Of a DNA stretch of 64,000 nt, positions 30,784 through 40,606 are shown piece after piece. The position numbers and the translations under genes were made by a program. The DNA is from a candidate division WOR-3 bacterium (GTDB taxonomy: Bacteria > Hydrothermota > 32-111): assembly GCA_037481815.1 (NCBI GenBank), contig JBBFKX010000003.1, positions 128,001 through 192,000 on the forward strand, in the 5' to 3' direction. The notes beneath the pieces are model-generated. The model saw only the letters and a list, made by a program, of their open reading frames with translations, made no database searches and had not been told where the DNA came from. Each line of letters begins with the position of its first letter. Position 1 is the stretch's first letter.

Positions 30784-31737
30784 ATGAATCGTTTAAGAAA
30801 TATAGAGATTTTCATAATTTTGCAGATTTTTTTCATCATAAAAATAGATGGATCTAACATCTTAACCGATTTTTTATTTTCAAAATCATCCAATGTTGGT
30901 TTTTCAATTTTAAAGATAACCCCGGATGCATTTTCATCAGCACTTTCGGGAGGTGCGACTACCGGTTATAACTCTCCATCTTCATTTCTTATAAATCCAG
31001 CATCTTCTTCATTCTATAAAGAAAAAGGAATAGTCGTTTCAACGATATACTCTTCAGGGTTCTCGAATATCTATTCGGGAGCGATGAACTATCCTTTCTC
31101 CTTTGGAACATTTTCTTTTTCAGCGACATCATCTATATCGGATACTATTCAATTAAGGAATGAAGATCCTGCGGAAAACCCTCTCGGATATTACAGATTC
31201 AACTCATATTCTTTTTCACTTGGTTATTCAAACAGCATAACAGATGGAATTTTCGTTGGCTTATCATCCTCTGCAATAAATGAAAATTCTTTCCTGTTAA
31301 ACAAAACATCCTTTGTTGCAAGTGCTGGAGTTTTATTTGTTTTTGAGAGGTTTTTCAATTTTAAGGTTGGGATATCCACTTTGAATGTTGGATTCAGAAC
31401 AAGGTATGATGCGACTTCACTTGATTATATCATACCACCTTTTACTTTAAAAATTGGAACTTCTTTCGATCTGAAATTGAATGAAAATTTTAAAAACACG
31501 ATATTTTCCGATTTTACAAAGGTGAACGATCAAGAGTTCAAGATATCTTTTGGATACGACGGAGAAATTTTGAAAACACTTTCCTTAAGGATGGGTTTTC
31601 TGATAAACGATCCTGCAAAATTTTTATCTTTTGGGCTTGGTGTTAGGAATAACAGGTTGTCTTTAAACTATTCTTTTGTTCCGTATAACTATGGGCTTGG
31701 TTTTGAAAACAGTGTTAGTTTGAACTATAACTTTTAG
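30784..31737 (+). CDS. PorV/PorQ-like outer-membrane beta-barrel
   Basis: FSILKITPDAFSSALSG...INPA N-terminal motif, P.TLKIG, LSFGLG, C-terminal YNF. Confidence 0.7.
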   Translation: MNRLRNIEIFIILQIFFIIKIDGSNILTDFLFSKSSNVGFSILKITPDAFSSALSGGATTGYNSPSSFLINPASSSFYKEKGIVVSTIYSSGFSNIYSGAMNYPFSFGTFSFSATSSISDTIQLRNEDPAENPLGYYRFNSYSFSLGYSNSITDGIFVGLSSSAINENSFLLNKTSFVASAGVLFVFERFFNFKVGISTLNVGFRTRYDATSLDYIIPPFTLKIGTSFDLKLNENFKNTIFSDFTKVNDQEFKISFGYDGEILKTLSLRMGFLINDPAKFLSFGLGVRNNRLSLNYSFVPYNYGLGFENSVSLNYNF

Positions 31738-31745
31738 GTGGAAGA

Positions 31746-32423
31746 ATGGCTGGTTTACAGGGAAGTTTAAAAGATTTTGAAATCACCGATATACTTCAAC
31801 TGATAAATATGAATAAAAAGGATGGTTGTCTTGAAATAACAACAAAAGACAGCGTAGGAAGGATTTATTTTGAGGGGGGAAGTGTTACCCATGCAGAAAT
31901 AGATGATAGATTTGGAGAGAGTGCTATACATCAGATACTCGTTATAAACGATGGAAACTTCAAATTTATTCCTGATGTTAAAACACCACGAAACACGATA
32001 AGTTTACCCATACATCATTTGATGCTTGAAGCAGCACGAAGTATCGATGAATGGAAACAGATAGAAAAGCTTATACCTTCTTTAGATCTTGTTGTAAAGG
32101 TTGTTGAAAACCCTGATATCGACACCGATAACATAAAACTCTCAAGTGAAGAATGGAAGATGTTGACATTCGTTGATAACGTTTCAACGATAAAAGAGAT
32201 CGCAAAAAAGGTCAACCAATCAGAGTTTCAGACAGCAAAAACGATCTATGGTCTTATAACGAGTGGACTCATAACTGTTGAAGAAAAAGAGGGACTCGAC
32301 GATATTTTAAAGGAAATAGATGCACAGATAACAGATGAAAAAACGGATAATGAGAATAAAAAAGATGAAAGATCCGATGATAACAATAAAAAGGGTGGTA
32401 TAAAAAAATTCTTTTCAAGATAG
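31746..32423 (+). CDS. DUF4388 domain protein
   Basis: LQGSLKDF..TDILQL....KDG.L...GRIYF..G..HA, LMLEAAR.IDEW. Confidence 0.85.
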   Translation: MAGLQGSLKDFEITDILQLINMNKKDGCLEITTKDSVGRIYFEGGSVTHAEIDDRFGESAIHQILVINDGNFKFIPDVKTPRNTISLPIHHLMLEAARSIDEWKQIEKLIPSLDLVVKVVENPDIDTDNIKLSSEEWKMLTFVDNVSTIKEIAKKVNQSEFQTAKTIYGLITSGLITVEEKEGLDDILKEIDAQITDEKTDNENKKDERSDDNNKKGGIKKFFSR

Positions 32424-33158
32424 AATCTTTAAAAATTCCTCTCTCTTTTTCTCCAAAAAAATCGTTGTGAGTTTTTCAAGGTTGATAACATCAAACATGT
32501 TGTACTCTATCAATGTGTTTAACGAATCTTTTGAACCGTTTTTGTATTCCTGCCAGAGTAAAACAGCATCATAACCGGTTAAATTCTTCACCCTTTTAGA
32601 CCTCTCGATCATAAATTTCTCTTCAAGTTTCTTTAAACCACCTTTCCATCCAACACTCTTTGTTGCTCTGAAAAGATCAAAATGAAAATCTGGTAAAGAT
32701 AGAAAAGGAAACTCTTTTTTTATTTTTGGAATATCAAATGTCTGTCCGTTGAAAGAAACAAGTATTGATGGTATTGAAAACATCTTTTCAAGTTTCAAAT
32801 AGTCCTCACCACTTTTATACACATAAAAATTCCCTCCAACATAAAGTCCTATCAAAGTTATCTCACCCTCAATGGATGTTTCTATATCTATATAACCTAT
32901 CTCATTTTTATAATGTGTTAAAACTCTCCAGTAATCTCTATATTTCAATCTTTTGAAAAAATATTCCATATCATCGTTTTTAAATGAATTTATCGATCTT
33001 TTAACCTCATCTAAGATCTGGATGTTTTTTTTCTCACCAAAAGGAAGTTGGTTCCATTTCTCAACAACATCCCACCAGTTTTTGAAACCTTTTTTCCAGA
33101 GTTGTTCTTCTTTTTTATAACTTATTCCATCAATATGAATGAATGTATTCGTCAGCAT
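32415..33158 (-). CDS. RNase H-like (YprB/DnaQ-like) exonuclease
   Basis: YIDIET, SFNGQTFDIP, GGLKKLE, YNMFDV. Confidence 0.85.
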   Translation of the reverse strand: MLTNTFIHIDGISYKKEEQLWKKGFKNWWDVVEKWNQLPFGEKKNIQILDEVKRSINSFKNDDMEYFFKRLKYRDYWRVLTHYKNEIGYIDIETSIEGEITLIGLYVGGNFYVYKSGEDYLKLEKMFSIPSILVSFNGQTFDIPKIKKEFPFLSLPDFHFDLFRATKSVGWKGGLKKLEEKFMIERSKRVKNLTGYDAVLLWQEYKNGSKDSLNTLIEYNMFDVINLEKLTTIFLEKKREEFLKILS

Positions 33159-33843
33159 AGATCTCTAAAATTTCCTCATAAGAGATAGTATATATTTTTT
33201 TGTTATTTTTGTCTTTAAAAAATTTATTCATATTTCTGTTTCTGTTTTGTGTTAAAAAATTTAAAAAATCCCAAAGTTTGTGATATTTTTTCTCATAATC
33301 CTTTTTTCTTGAAATCGATATAAAAGATGAATCAACCTTCGGTGATGGATTAAACGAGTTTTTTTTGATAATAAAAAGATTTCTGATTTCAAAAAAGATG
33401 TTGACATATATTGAAATTGGAATAAAAAATCTTTTCACAAGTTTTTCCTGAAACTCCTTTTGAACTATAAGATATCCTTTCTTTATACTTTCAGATTCAA
33501 CAACCTTTTTAAAAATCTCTTTTGTTAAACTGTATGGAATACTTGAAACGGTTATCTCTTCTTTTATTTTATAATCAAGACAACTTGTATTTAAAATTTC
33601 AACATTTTCATTTTTTGAAAATTTTTCTTTTAAGATTTCAAAATATTTCTTATCGAGTTCAAGTATCACAAGTTTTTCAGGTTTTTTTGAGAGAATTGTT
33701 TCACTTATTCTTCCATCCCCTCCACCGATTTCAAGCACCCTTTTCCCTTCAAGATCAAAAAGAGAGTCCTCTATTTTTTTCAGCACATTTTTGTCGATCA
33801 AAAAATTCTGTGACAGTTTAACTCTTTTTACCGATGAATTCAT
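33130..33843 (-). CDS. rsmA: 16S rRNA adenine dimethyltransferase
   Basis: LSQNFL, LEIGGGDG, ELD, SIPY, QKE, F.PSPKVDS. Confidence 0.85.
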   Translation of the reverse strand: MNSSVKRVKLSQNFLIDKNVLKKIEDSLFDLEGKRVLEIGGGDGRISETILSKKPEKLVILELDKKYFEILKEKFSKNENVEILNTSCLDYKIKEEITVSSIPYSLTKEIFKKVVESESIKKGYLIVQKEFQEKLVKRFFIPISIYVNIFFEIRNLFIIKKNSFNPSPKVDSSFISISRKKDYEKKYHKLWDFLNFLTQNRNRNMNKFFKDKNNKKIYTISYEEILEIYADEYIHSY

Positions 33844-34600
33844 AAAAATTTTTTTTAACTATTTTTTTCAAATCTTCAATGTCGATATTGAGCAACTCAG
33901 AAATTTTCTTATATATGTAAACAACATACTCTGGTCTATTCCTTTTGCCTCTGAATGGAACAGGAGAAAGGTATGGTGAATCGGTTTCGATGAGCATCCT
34001 TTCGATATGATCTTTTTTGATTATATCTTTTAAATCGTTGTTCTTGAAAGTTATGATTCCATTTATTCCAAAAAAATATCCTTTTGAAACTAAATTTTTT
34101 AGATTTTTTTCTGTACCTGAAAAACTATGGAACTCGAAAACCAGATCTTTATAATCATCAATTATTTCGAAAACCTCTTCGTATCCGTTTCTCACATGCA
34201 ACATCACAGGTTTTTTCTTTTTTCTCGCAAGATCCAACTGTTTTATAAAAAGTTCTTTCTGCTGTTTTAACTCATCCTTTTTGTGCCAGAAAAGGTCAAC
34301 ACCTATTTCCCCGATTCCAGAACAACCTTTTTCATCAAGCAATTTTTCTATTTCGTGAATATCTTGATCAGTGTAATTTGAAGCGTAGTGTGGATGTATT
34401 CCAGCAAAGTGATACACTTCAAAATCGTCAGGGAATTCTATGGAAAAAGATTTTTTGCTACTATCAACATCATATCCGACTATGTTTAAAATCCTGACAT
34501 TGTTTTCCCTCAAACTTGAGGTAAAAACATTCATATTTTTTTCAAACTCAAACTCCTCCATTTGAAGATGGAGGTGAGAATCAAGAAAAGGTTCAGCCAA
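33818..34600 (-). CDS. tatD: TatD family nuclease
   Basis: DSHLHL, GIHPH, IGEIGVD, LHVR, FHSFSG, ETDSPYL.P.P.RGKRN.P; start placed at TTG 34600. Confidence 0.92.
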   Translation of the reverse strand: MAEPFLDSHLHLQMEEFEFEKNMNVFTSSLRENNVRILNIVGYDVDSSKKSFSIEFPDDFEVYHFAGIHPHYASNYTDQDIHEIEKLLDEKGCSGIGEIGVDLFWHKKDELKQQKELFIKQLDLARKKKKPVMLHVRNGYEEVFEIIDDYKDLVFEFHSFSGTEKNLKNLVSKGYFFGINGIITFKNNDLKDIIKKDHIERMLIETDSPYLSPVPFRGKRNRPEYVVYIYKKISELLNIDIEDLKKIVKKNFYEFIGKKS

Positions 34601-36629
34601 CAGTATCCCCTGCTTCACAACTCTCATCAGCAAAAAGAACTTTTACCCTTGTTTTATCTTTATTGGAAGCGGCAAGAAGCATACCAAACGACTTGTTTCC
34701 CCTTATCGTTGCAGGTTCAAGATTTTTCACAACAATTATTTTTTTTCCAGTAAGATCTTCTGGTTTATAAAACAACGCAACTCCTGCAACAATATCTCTG
34801 ATTTCATCTCCAACATCGATTTTCAATTTCAAAAGTTTATCTGAATTCTCAACTTTTTCGCATGAGAGAACTTTTGCAACAACAAGTTGAACCTTTTTGA
34901 AATAGTCGATGGAGATATAGTTTTTATCTTCATCCTTTTTCTCTACTGATACAATTTCCGTTGAAACCTTTTGCCCCATCCTTTTTCTTTCTTCTTCGAT
35001 AACTTTATCCTCTATCTTTGAGAAAAGAATATCAAGTTTTTTATTTTTAAATTCCTGCAAAGGTTCTAAATTTTTTATATCATCCCATCTGAATTCTTTT
35101 ATCTCCAAAAAATCTCTCAGCCTTTTCGACGTGAATGGAATAAATGGATCACCAACACATGATAGAACAACAACCGCCTTCATACAAACATACAGAACAG
35201 TATCAAGGTAATCCCTATCATTTTTTGCAAGAACCCAAGGTTCCTTTGAAGCAAAATATTTGTTCGATTCTCTTGCTATATCCATGAACTCATATGTTGC
35301 TTTTCTCAACTGATAGGTTTCTATGTATTCCCCAACCTTTTGAACCTTTTCATATATCGTTTTCAAAAACTCTCTATCATCATCTTTTAACTCTTTTCCT
35401 TTCTTAACCTTTCCATCATTGTATTTTAAAACGAATTGCACGGTTCTATTTATGAAATTTCCATATATATCGGCAAGTTCCCCATTGTTTCGGTTTTGAA
35501 ACTCTGTCCATGAAAAATCGGTATCTTTATTTTCCGGGAGTATTGATGCAAGAACATACCTTAAAATATCCGGTGGAAACCTTTTAAGATAATCGTCAAG
35601 CCAGACAGCCCAGTTCCTGGATGTCGAAAGTTTTTTTCCTTCGATATTCAAATACTCGTTTGCGGGAATATCATAAGGTAGATTATAACCCTCCTCAACT
35701 CCCATAAGTATTGATGGCCAGATTACAGAATGAAAAACTATGTTATCCTTTCCTAAAAAATGTATGATTCTTGTATCTTTATCCTTCCACCATTTTTCCC
35801 ATCCATTCTTATCACCTTTATTTTCAAAATACTCCATAGTTGAAGATATGTATCCTATAGGTGCGTCAAACCAGACATAAAGAACTTTGTTTTCAAATCC
35901 TTCGATTGGGACTTTCACTCCCCAATCAAGATCTCTTGTTATGGCTCTTGGTTTCAAACCTTCTTTGATCCATCCAAGAGAGAACTCTTTAACATTATCT
36001 TTCCACCATGTCCGCGAATTTATGTACTCTTTCAATCTATCCTGAAACTTATCAAGATCAAGATAAAAATGTTCTGTCTCTTTTACAACAGGTGTAGCAC
36101 CACAGATTTTACATTTTGGATCTATCAACGAAACATTATCTATCGGTTTTCCACAGGTATCACATTGATCACCTCTAGCCCCTTCTGCTTTACAATGTGG
36201 ACAAATGCCTTCAACATATCTATCGGGTAAAAATCTTTTACAATTTTCACAGTAGTACTGTTTCTCAACCTTTTTTGAAACATATCCATTTTGATAAAGT
36301 TTCAAAAAGAAATGTTTTGCATTCTCATGATGTATTGGCCTTGAAGTTCCCGAAAAATTATCGAAAACGATTCCAAATTTTTCAAAAGAATCTTTCATAA
36401 CCTTATGGTAATAATCAACTATCTCTTTTGGAGTTTTCTTCATCTCGTCCGCTTTGATCGTTATTGGAACACCATGTTCATCACTTCCACAGATAAAACA
36501 AACTTCCTCTCCTTTGAGTTTCAAATATCTCACAAAAATATCAGCAGGAAGATAGCATCCTGCAAGGTGACCTATGTGGATTGGACCATTGGCATAAGGT
36601 AATGCAGCGGTTACGAGATACCTTGTCAT
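34593..36629 (-). CDS. metG: Methionine--tRNA ligase
   Basis: ALPYANGPIHIGH, Zn knuckles, YVWFDA, KLSTS, C-terminal tRNA-binding OB domain; start ATG 36629 after AGGAGG. Confidence 0.97.
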   Translation of the reverse strand: MTRYLVTAALPYANGPIHIGHLAGCYLPADIFVRYLKLKGEEVCFICGSDEHGVPITIKADEMKKTPKEIVDYYHKVMKDSFEKFGIVFDNFSGTSRPIHHENAKHFFLKLYQNGYVSKKVEKQYYCENCKRFLPDRYVEGICPHCKAEGARGDQCDTCGKPIDNVSLIDPKCKICGATPVVKETEHFYLDLDKFQDRLKEYINSRTWWKDNVKEFSLGWIKEGLKPRAITRDLDWGVKVPIEGFENKVLYVWFDAPIGYISSTMEYFENKGDKNGWEKWWKDKDTRIIHFLGKDNIVFHSVIWPSILMGVEEGYNLPYDIPANEYLNIEGKKLSTSRNWAVWLDDYLKRFPPDILRYVLASILPENKDTDFSWTEFQNRNNGELADIYGNFINRTVQFVLKYNDGKVKKGKELKDDDREFLKTIYEKVQKVGEYIETYQLRKATYEFMDIARESNKYFASKEPWVLAKNDRDYLDTVLYVCMKAVVVLSCVGDPFIPFTSKRLRDFLEIKEFRWDDIKNLEPLQEFKNKKLDILFSKIEDKVIEEERKRMGQKVSTEIVSVEKKDEDKNYISIDYFKKVQLVVAKVLSCEKVENSDKLLKLKIDVGDEIRDIVAGVALFYKPEDLTGKKIIVVKNLEPATIRGNKSFGMLLAASNKDKTRVKVLFADESCEAGDTVG

Positions 36630-37471
36630 CAATCCTCCTTTGTTTTGTTGAGGTTTGGGACAAATTTCCATTTTTTCTTTTTGATTCTATTGAACTCATC
36701 AAGTGTGTGTGTTATCAGTCCGCCATTCTCTTCAACATCTTTGTATTGTATCGTTACAAGGTCATTGTATATATCAAGTTTCACAATTTTACCTTCACCT
36801 AAAGTTGTTATAACATTTGAATTTATAGGAGGGAATCTCTTATACACATCCTCGTAAAAATCCATTTCGTACATCAGGCAACACATCAATCTTCCACACA
36901 TCCCTGATACTTTTTGAGGTGTTACTGAAAGACCCTGATCTTTCAATGTCTGTAAAGTTATCGCTTCAAAATCTTTCAAAAATCTTCTACAACACAACTC
37001 TTCACCACATGCCCCAAAACCTCCCAACCTTTTAGCATAATCTCTTACTCCTATCTGTTTCATCTGAATTCTCGCATGAAAGTATGAAGCGAGTTGTTTT
37101 ACAAGATTTCTAAAATCGACCCTTTTTTCAGAAATAAAATAGAAGGTTATATGTTGCCCATCAAAATGTATCTCAATATCAACAAGTTTTATATTGAGTC
37201 CATTCTCCTTTATGAATTTCAAAGTTGGTTCATAAGCATCTTTTTCTTTCATCTCGTTTGATTTTTTTAACCTTATATCATCGTCTGTTGCCTTCCTTAT
37301 GATTTTCCCAATAGATTTCTCAAACTCGTATGGAAAGATTTTCAAAAGAATTCCTATATCAAGCCCCTGATCATGTTGACACACAACATATTTCCCTTCC
37401 TCAACATCTATGTTTGTTGGTATTTCAAACATCTTTCTCTCAGCACCTCTGAACTCAACTCTTCCAAACAT
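36629..37471 (-). CDS. ricT: RicT/YaaT (PSP1 domain) protein
   Basis: RVDFRNLVK.LA, QIGVRD.AK..GG.G.CGEELCC, SGMCGRLMCCL.YE. Confidence 0.9.
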   Translation of the reverse strand: MFGRVEFRGAERKMFEIPTNIDVEEGKYVVCQHDQGLDIGILLKIFPYEFEKSIGKIIRKATDDDIRLKKSNEMKEKDAYEPTLKFIKENGLNIKLVDIEIHFDGQHITFYFISEKRVDFRNLVKQLASYFHARIQMKQIGVRDYAKRLGGFGACGEELCCRRFLKDFEAITLQTLKDQGLSVTPQKVSGMCGRLMCCLMYEMDFYEDVYKRFPPINSNVITTLGEGKIVKLDIYNDLVTIQYKDVEENGGLITHTLDEFNRIKKKKWKFVPNLNKTKED

Positions 37472-38480
37472 TATCTTTAACTCCTTCCTTTAAATCAAAG
37501 AGGTGATTTATTATATGAGCAGTTTGAAAGTTCACCCTTATATCCTGTTCAATACTCATCAACTCTTCAAGCATCTCTGACAAATTTTCAGCAGTTTTAG
37601 CATTTTCACTTTCAAGTATTTTTTCGTTCAAATATTTTGATAAAACCTTTAAAAAAAGTTTTAAAAAATATTTTTCTTCTCCCTTTTTTGAAAGGGTTGA
37701 AAAATATTTTAAAAATCCATCCCTATCACCAGACAGAAACATATTCAAACTCTTTTGAGAATCGAAGGTTGTTTCAAGATCGATCTCTGGGCTTATATAA
37801 CCATCAAAAATATAAAGATAGTTTTCTATTTTCTTTTCATCGTATCCAAGTTCTTTATATATTTTATAAAAATCATCCTTTGTCAGATAACCAAATTTTA
37901 AGACCTGACATCTTGAAACTATGGTTGGTAATACACCGTTCAAATTATCAGTTGTTAGAATAAACATCGTGGATTTTGGTGGTTCTTCAAGAATTTTTAA
38001 AAATGTGTTCGCTGATTCTTTTCTCATCATTTCAATGTTCCTGACGATGAAAATTCTCTTTTCACCCAAATATGGTTTTGTCGAAGATTCAACTATAATC
38101 TCTCTTACAAGATCAACCGGGATATTTTCGTTCCCCGAAAAAGAAAAGAAATTTAAAAAAAACAATGTTCTTTCTTTTTTGGTTGTCTTATCTTTTACAC
38201 CTTCCTGTAAAATTTCATTTATAGATTTCAAAATCGAATCTGAACTTATAAGATCCTTTTTCAAAAAAGGATACACGATAAACAGATCTGGATGTTTAAA
38301 CTCTTCAACATGTTTTCTATATTTCTCTCCAAAAATCTGTACAGCGAACTCTAAAGCAAGAGAGAATTTTCCAACACCTTTGTTTCCAGTAAAAAGGTAA
38401 GCGTTTGCTACCTTTTTTTCGAGAATGGATTTTTCAAGAATACTTTTCACTTTTGAATGACCAACGATATTTTCAAACAT
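37455..38480 (-). CDS. holB: DNA polymerase III delta' subunit
   Basis: AYLFTGNKGVGK, HPD, ANTFLKILEEPP, LPTIVSRCQ; upstream of ricT. Confidence 0.88.
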   Translation of the reverse strand: MFENIVGHSKVKSILEKSILEKKVANAYLFTGNKGVGKFSLALEFAVQIFGEKYRKHVEEFKHPDLFIVYPFLKKDLISSDSILKSINEILQEGVKDKTTKKERTLFFLNFFSFSGNENIPVDLVREIIVESSTKPYLGEKRIFIVRNIEMMRKESANTFLKILEEPPKSTMFILTTDNLNGVLPTIVSRCQVLKFGYLTKDDFYKIYKELGYDEKKIENYLYIFDGYISPEIDLETTFDSQKSLNMFLSGDRDGFLKYFSTLSKKGEEKYFLKLFLKVLSKYLNEKILESENAKTAENLSEMLEELMSIEQDIRVNFQTAHIINHLFDLKEGVKDNVWKS

Positions 38481-38481
38481 A

Positions 38482-39702
38482 CTATTTCTTTTTCAGATAT
38501 TGTAAAGGATTTATAGGCTTCCCATCTTTTCTCATCTCAAAATGTAAAACTGGCCCTTCAAGCGAACCCGTATCACCACCTTTTCCTATAACCTCACCTG
38601 CAAGAACCGGCTGGTTCAGCACCACATCTATTTCAGACAGATGAGCGTACAATGTATAATAACCGTTTCCATGATCTATCATCACCACATTACCATATCC
38701 TAAAAATTTATCAGCATAGATTATATCACCATCATAAACGGCGTATATAGGATCCCCGATGTTCACTTTTATATCGATTCCATTATTTATCGTTTTAGTT
38801 CCATATTTTGGATGCATAACTGAACCATAAGATGAAATCACTTTTCCATTTGCAGGCCAGATCACTTTACCCTTGTTCAGATCAAAATAATGTTTACCTT
38901 CAGAAACATCCCTTTTCTTGTCAATCTTTTTCTGAGCGATCCTCAATTTGTTTATAAGATATTGCAAAGATTCCTGTGATTTGATCAACTCTTTTTCGAT
39001 ATCTGTCTGTTTTTTCTGCTCCGTCTGCAAACCTTTCAAAAATTGCTTTTTTTGCTCGATTTTATTCTGGAGTTCCTGTTTTTCTTTTTCAACTTCACTT
39101 TTCACAACAAGCAGTTGTTCTTTGCTCTGGTTGTACTCCTTTAGTTTTGTCTGATATAACACCTGCAACTTTTTGACTTTATCATAAAGTTTTTTATCCT
39201 GTTTTGCCAAAAGCAATAGGTATCTTATCCTTTTTGCAAGATCAGCAAAAGATTTTGAGGTAAATACAACTTCAAAAGTGTGTATTTTTCCTTTTTTGTA
39301 GATGTTTATTACTCTTGTTTTTAATTTTGCTCTTCTATCGTTCAACTCATTTTGAACCTTTACAAGTTCTTTTTCAGTTGTATCTATTTTTAATGTCAAA
39401 AGTTTATCTTTTGTTTCAAGTTGTTTTATCAGAAGATCCGTTAAATATATCTCCTCATCCATCTTGTTTAAACTGTAAAGTGTTTTTGTTTCTTCAAGTT
39501 TTAACGAGTCCTTTCTCTCTTTGATCTGATTTAACTGTTTTTTGAGATCATTCAATTTCTTCTCATTTTCACTGATCTTTTTATCAATATCATCATCAGC
39601 AAAAATCGTTGAAAAAATCAAAAGAAAAAACAGGAAACTAAAAACAACTTTTTTTGATGATACTATCAACGATATCTTCCTTTTTAACATTTTCCATCTC
39701 AC
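38482..39702 (-). CDS. EnvC-like coiled-coil/M23 protein (start uncertain, possibly TTG 39669)
   Basis: Signal peptide, long coiled coil, WPANG, NNGIDI, LYAHL, LHFEMR. Confidence 0.85.
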   Translation of the reverse strand: MRWKMLKRKISLIVSSKKVVFSFLFFLLIFSTIFADDDIDKKISENEKKLNDLKKQLNQIKERKDSLKLEETKTLYSLNKMDEEIYLTDLLIKQLETKDKLLTLKIDTTEKELVKVQNELNDRRAKLKTRVINIYKKGKIHTFEVVFTSKSFADLAKRIRYLLLLAKQDKKLYDKVKKLQVLYQTKLKEYNQSKEQLLVVKSEVEKEKQELQNKIEQKKQFLKGLQTEQKKQTDIEKELIKSQESLQYLINKLRIAQKKIDKKRDVSEGKHYFDLNKGKVIWPANGKVISSYGSVMHPKYGTKTINNGIDIKVNIGDPIYAVYDGDIIYADKFLGYGNVVMIDHGNGYYTLYAHLSEIDVVLNQPVLAGEVIGKGGDTGSLEGPVLHFEMRKDGKPINPLQYLKKK

Positions 39703-40606
39703 CTTTGAATGACAGAATCAACCTGTGTTTTAAAACATAGGGAGCAACTTTTACAACATCATCTATATCGGGCGTAACTCTTCCATCCATCAGTGCATAT
39801 CCTTTTGCTGCAGCGATGATAAAAATTCCAGCCCTTGGACTCGCTCCCCATTTGATATACTCTTTTACAAGATCAACTTCACTCGTTTCAGGTCTTGAGT
39901 TTCTTAAAATTTTTGAAACAGTTTCAACGATGTTCGACCCAACAGGTGCACTTTTAACATATTCCTGTATCTTTATTATATCATCCTTTTTAACTATGCC
40001 CTGATCAATTTTAAAATCTTCGTTCACGATCCTTTGTTTTAAAATCTCCATCTCATATCTTTTTTCAGGATAATCTATCTGTATCATGAACATAAATCTA
40101 TCAAGTTCCGCCTCAGGTAAAGGATATGTACCTTCCTGTTCGATCGGGTTCTGTGTGGCAAACACATTGAACGGTTTTTCGAGTTGATAATCAACACCTT
40201 CATTTGTGACCATTCTTTCTTCCATCGATTGCAAAAGTGCTGCCTGAGTTTTGGGAGGTGTTCTATTTATCTCATCGGCAAGTATTATATTTGCAAACAC
40301 AGGACCTTTTATGAACTTGTACAGGGTTTCATTTCCATCCTTTCTTAGGACTGTTGTTCCAGTAATATCTGAAGGCATAAGATCCGGTGTAAACTGGATT
40401 CTACTATATTTACAATCTATGCTCTTTGCGATAAGTTTTATTATCAATGTTTTTGCAAGACCGGGAACACCAACTATTATTGAATGAGAATCACATATCA
40501 AAGTCAAAAATACCATCCTTATTATCTGATCCTGTCCTGCTACAACTTTTTTTACATTCTCTTCTATTCTTTTATAAATTTTTGAAACATCTATGATTTC
40601 ATTCAT
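39638..40606 (-). CDS. MoxR family AAA+ ATPase
   Basis: [58 protein letters not shown]. Confidence 0.93.
   Translation of the reverse strand: MNEIIDVSKIYKRIEENVKKVVAGQDQIIRMVFLTLICDSHSIIVGVPGLAKTLIIKLIAKSIDCKYSRIQFTPDLMPSDITGTTVLRKDGNETLYKFIKGPVFANIILADEINRTPPKTQAALLQSMEERMVTNEGVDYQLEKPFNVFATQNPIEQEGTYPLPEAELDRFMFMIQIDYPEKRYEMEILKQRIVNEDFKIDQGIVKKDDIIKIQEYVKSAPVGSNIVETVSKILRNSRPETSEVDLVKEYIKWGASPRAGIFIIAAAKGYALMDGRVTPDIDDVVKVAPYVLKHRLILSFKGEMENVKKEDIVDSIIKKSCF

Noticed and set aside
33130..40606. ricT without ricA/ricF, and moxR without vWA partners, in a housekeeping run
   Set aside because: holB-ricT-metG-tatD-rsmA is a familiar conserved order; partners may simply lie elsewhere
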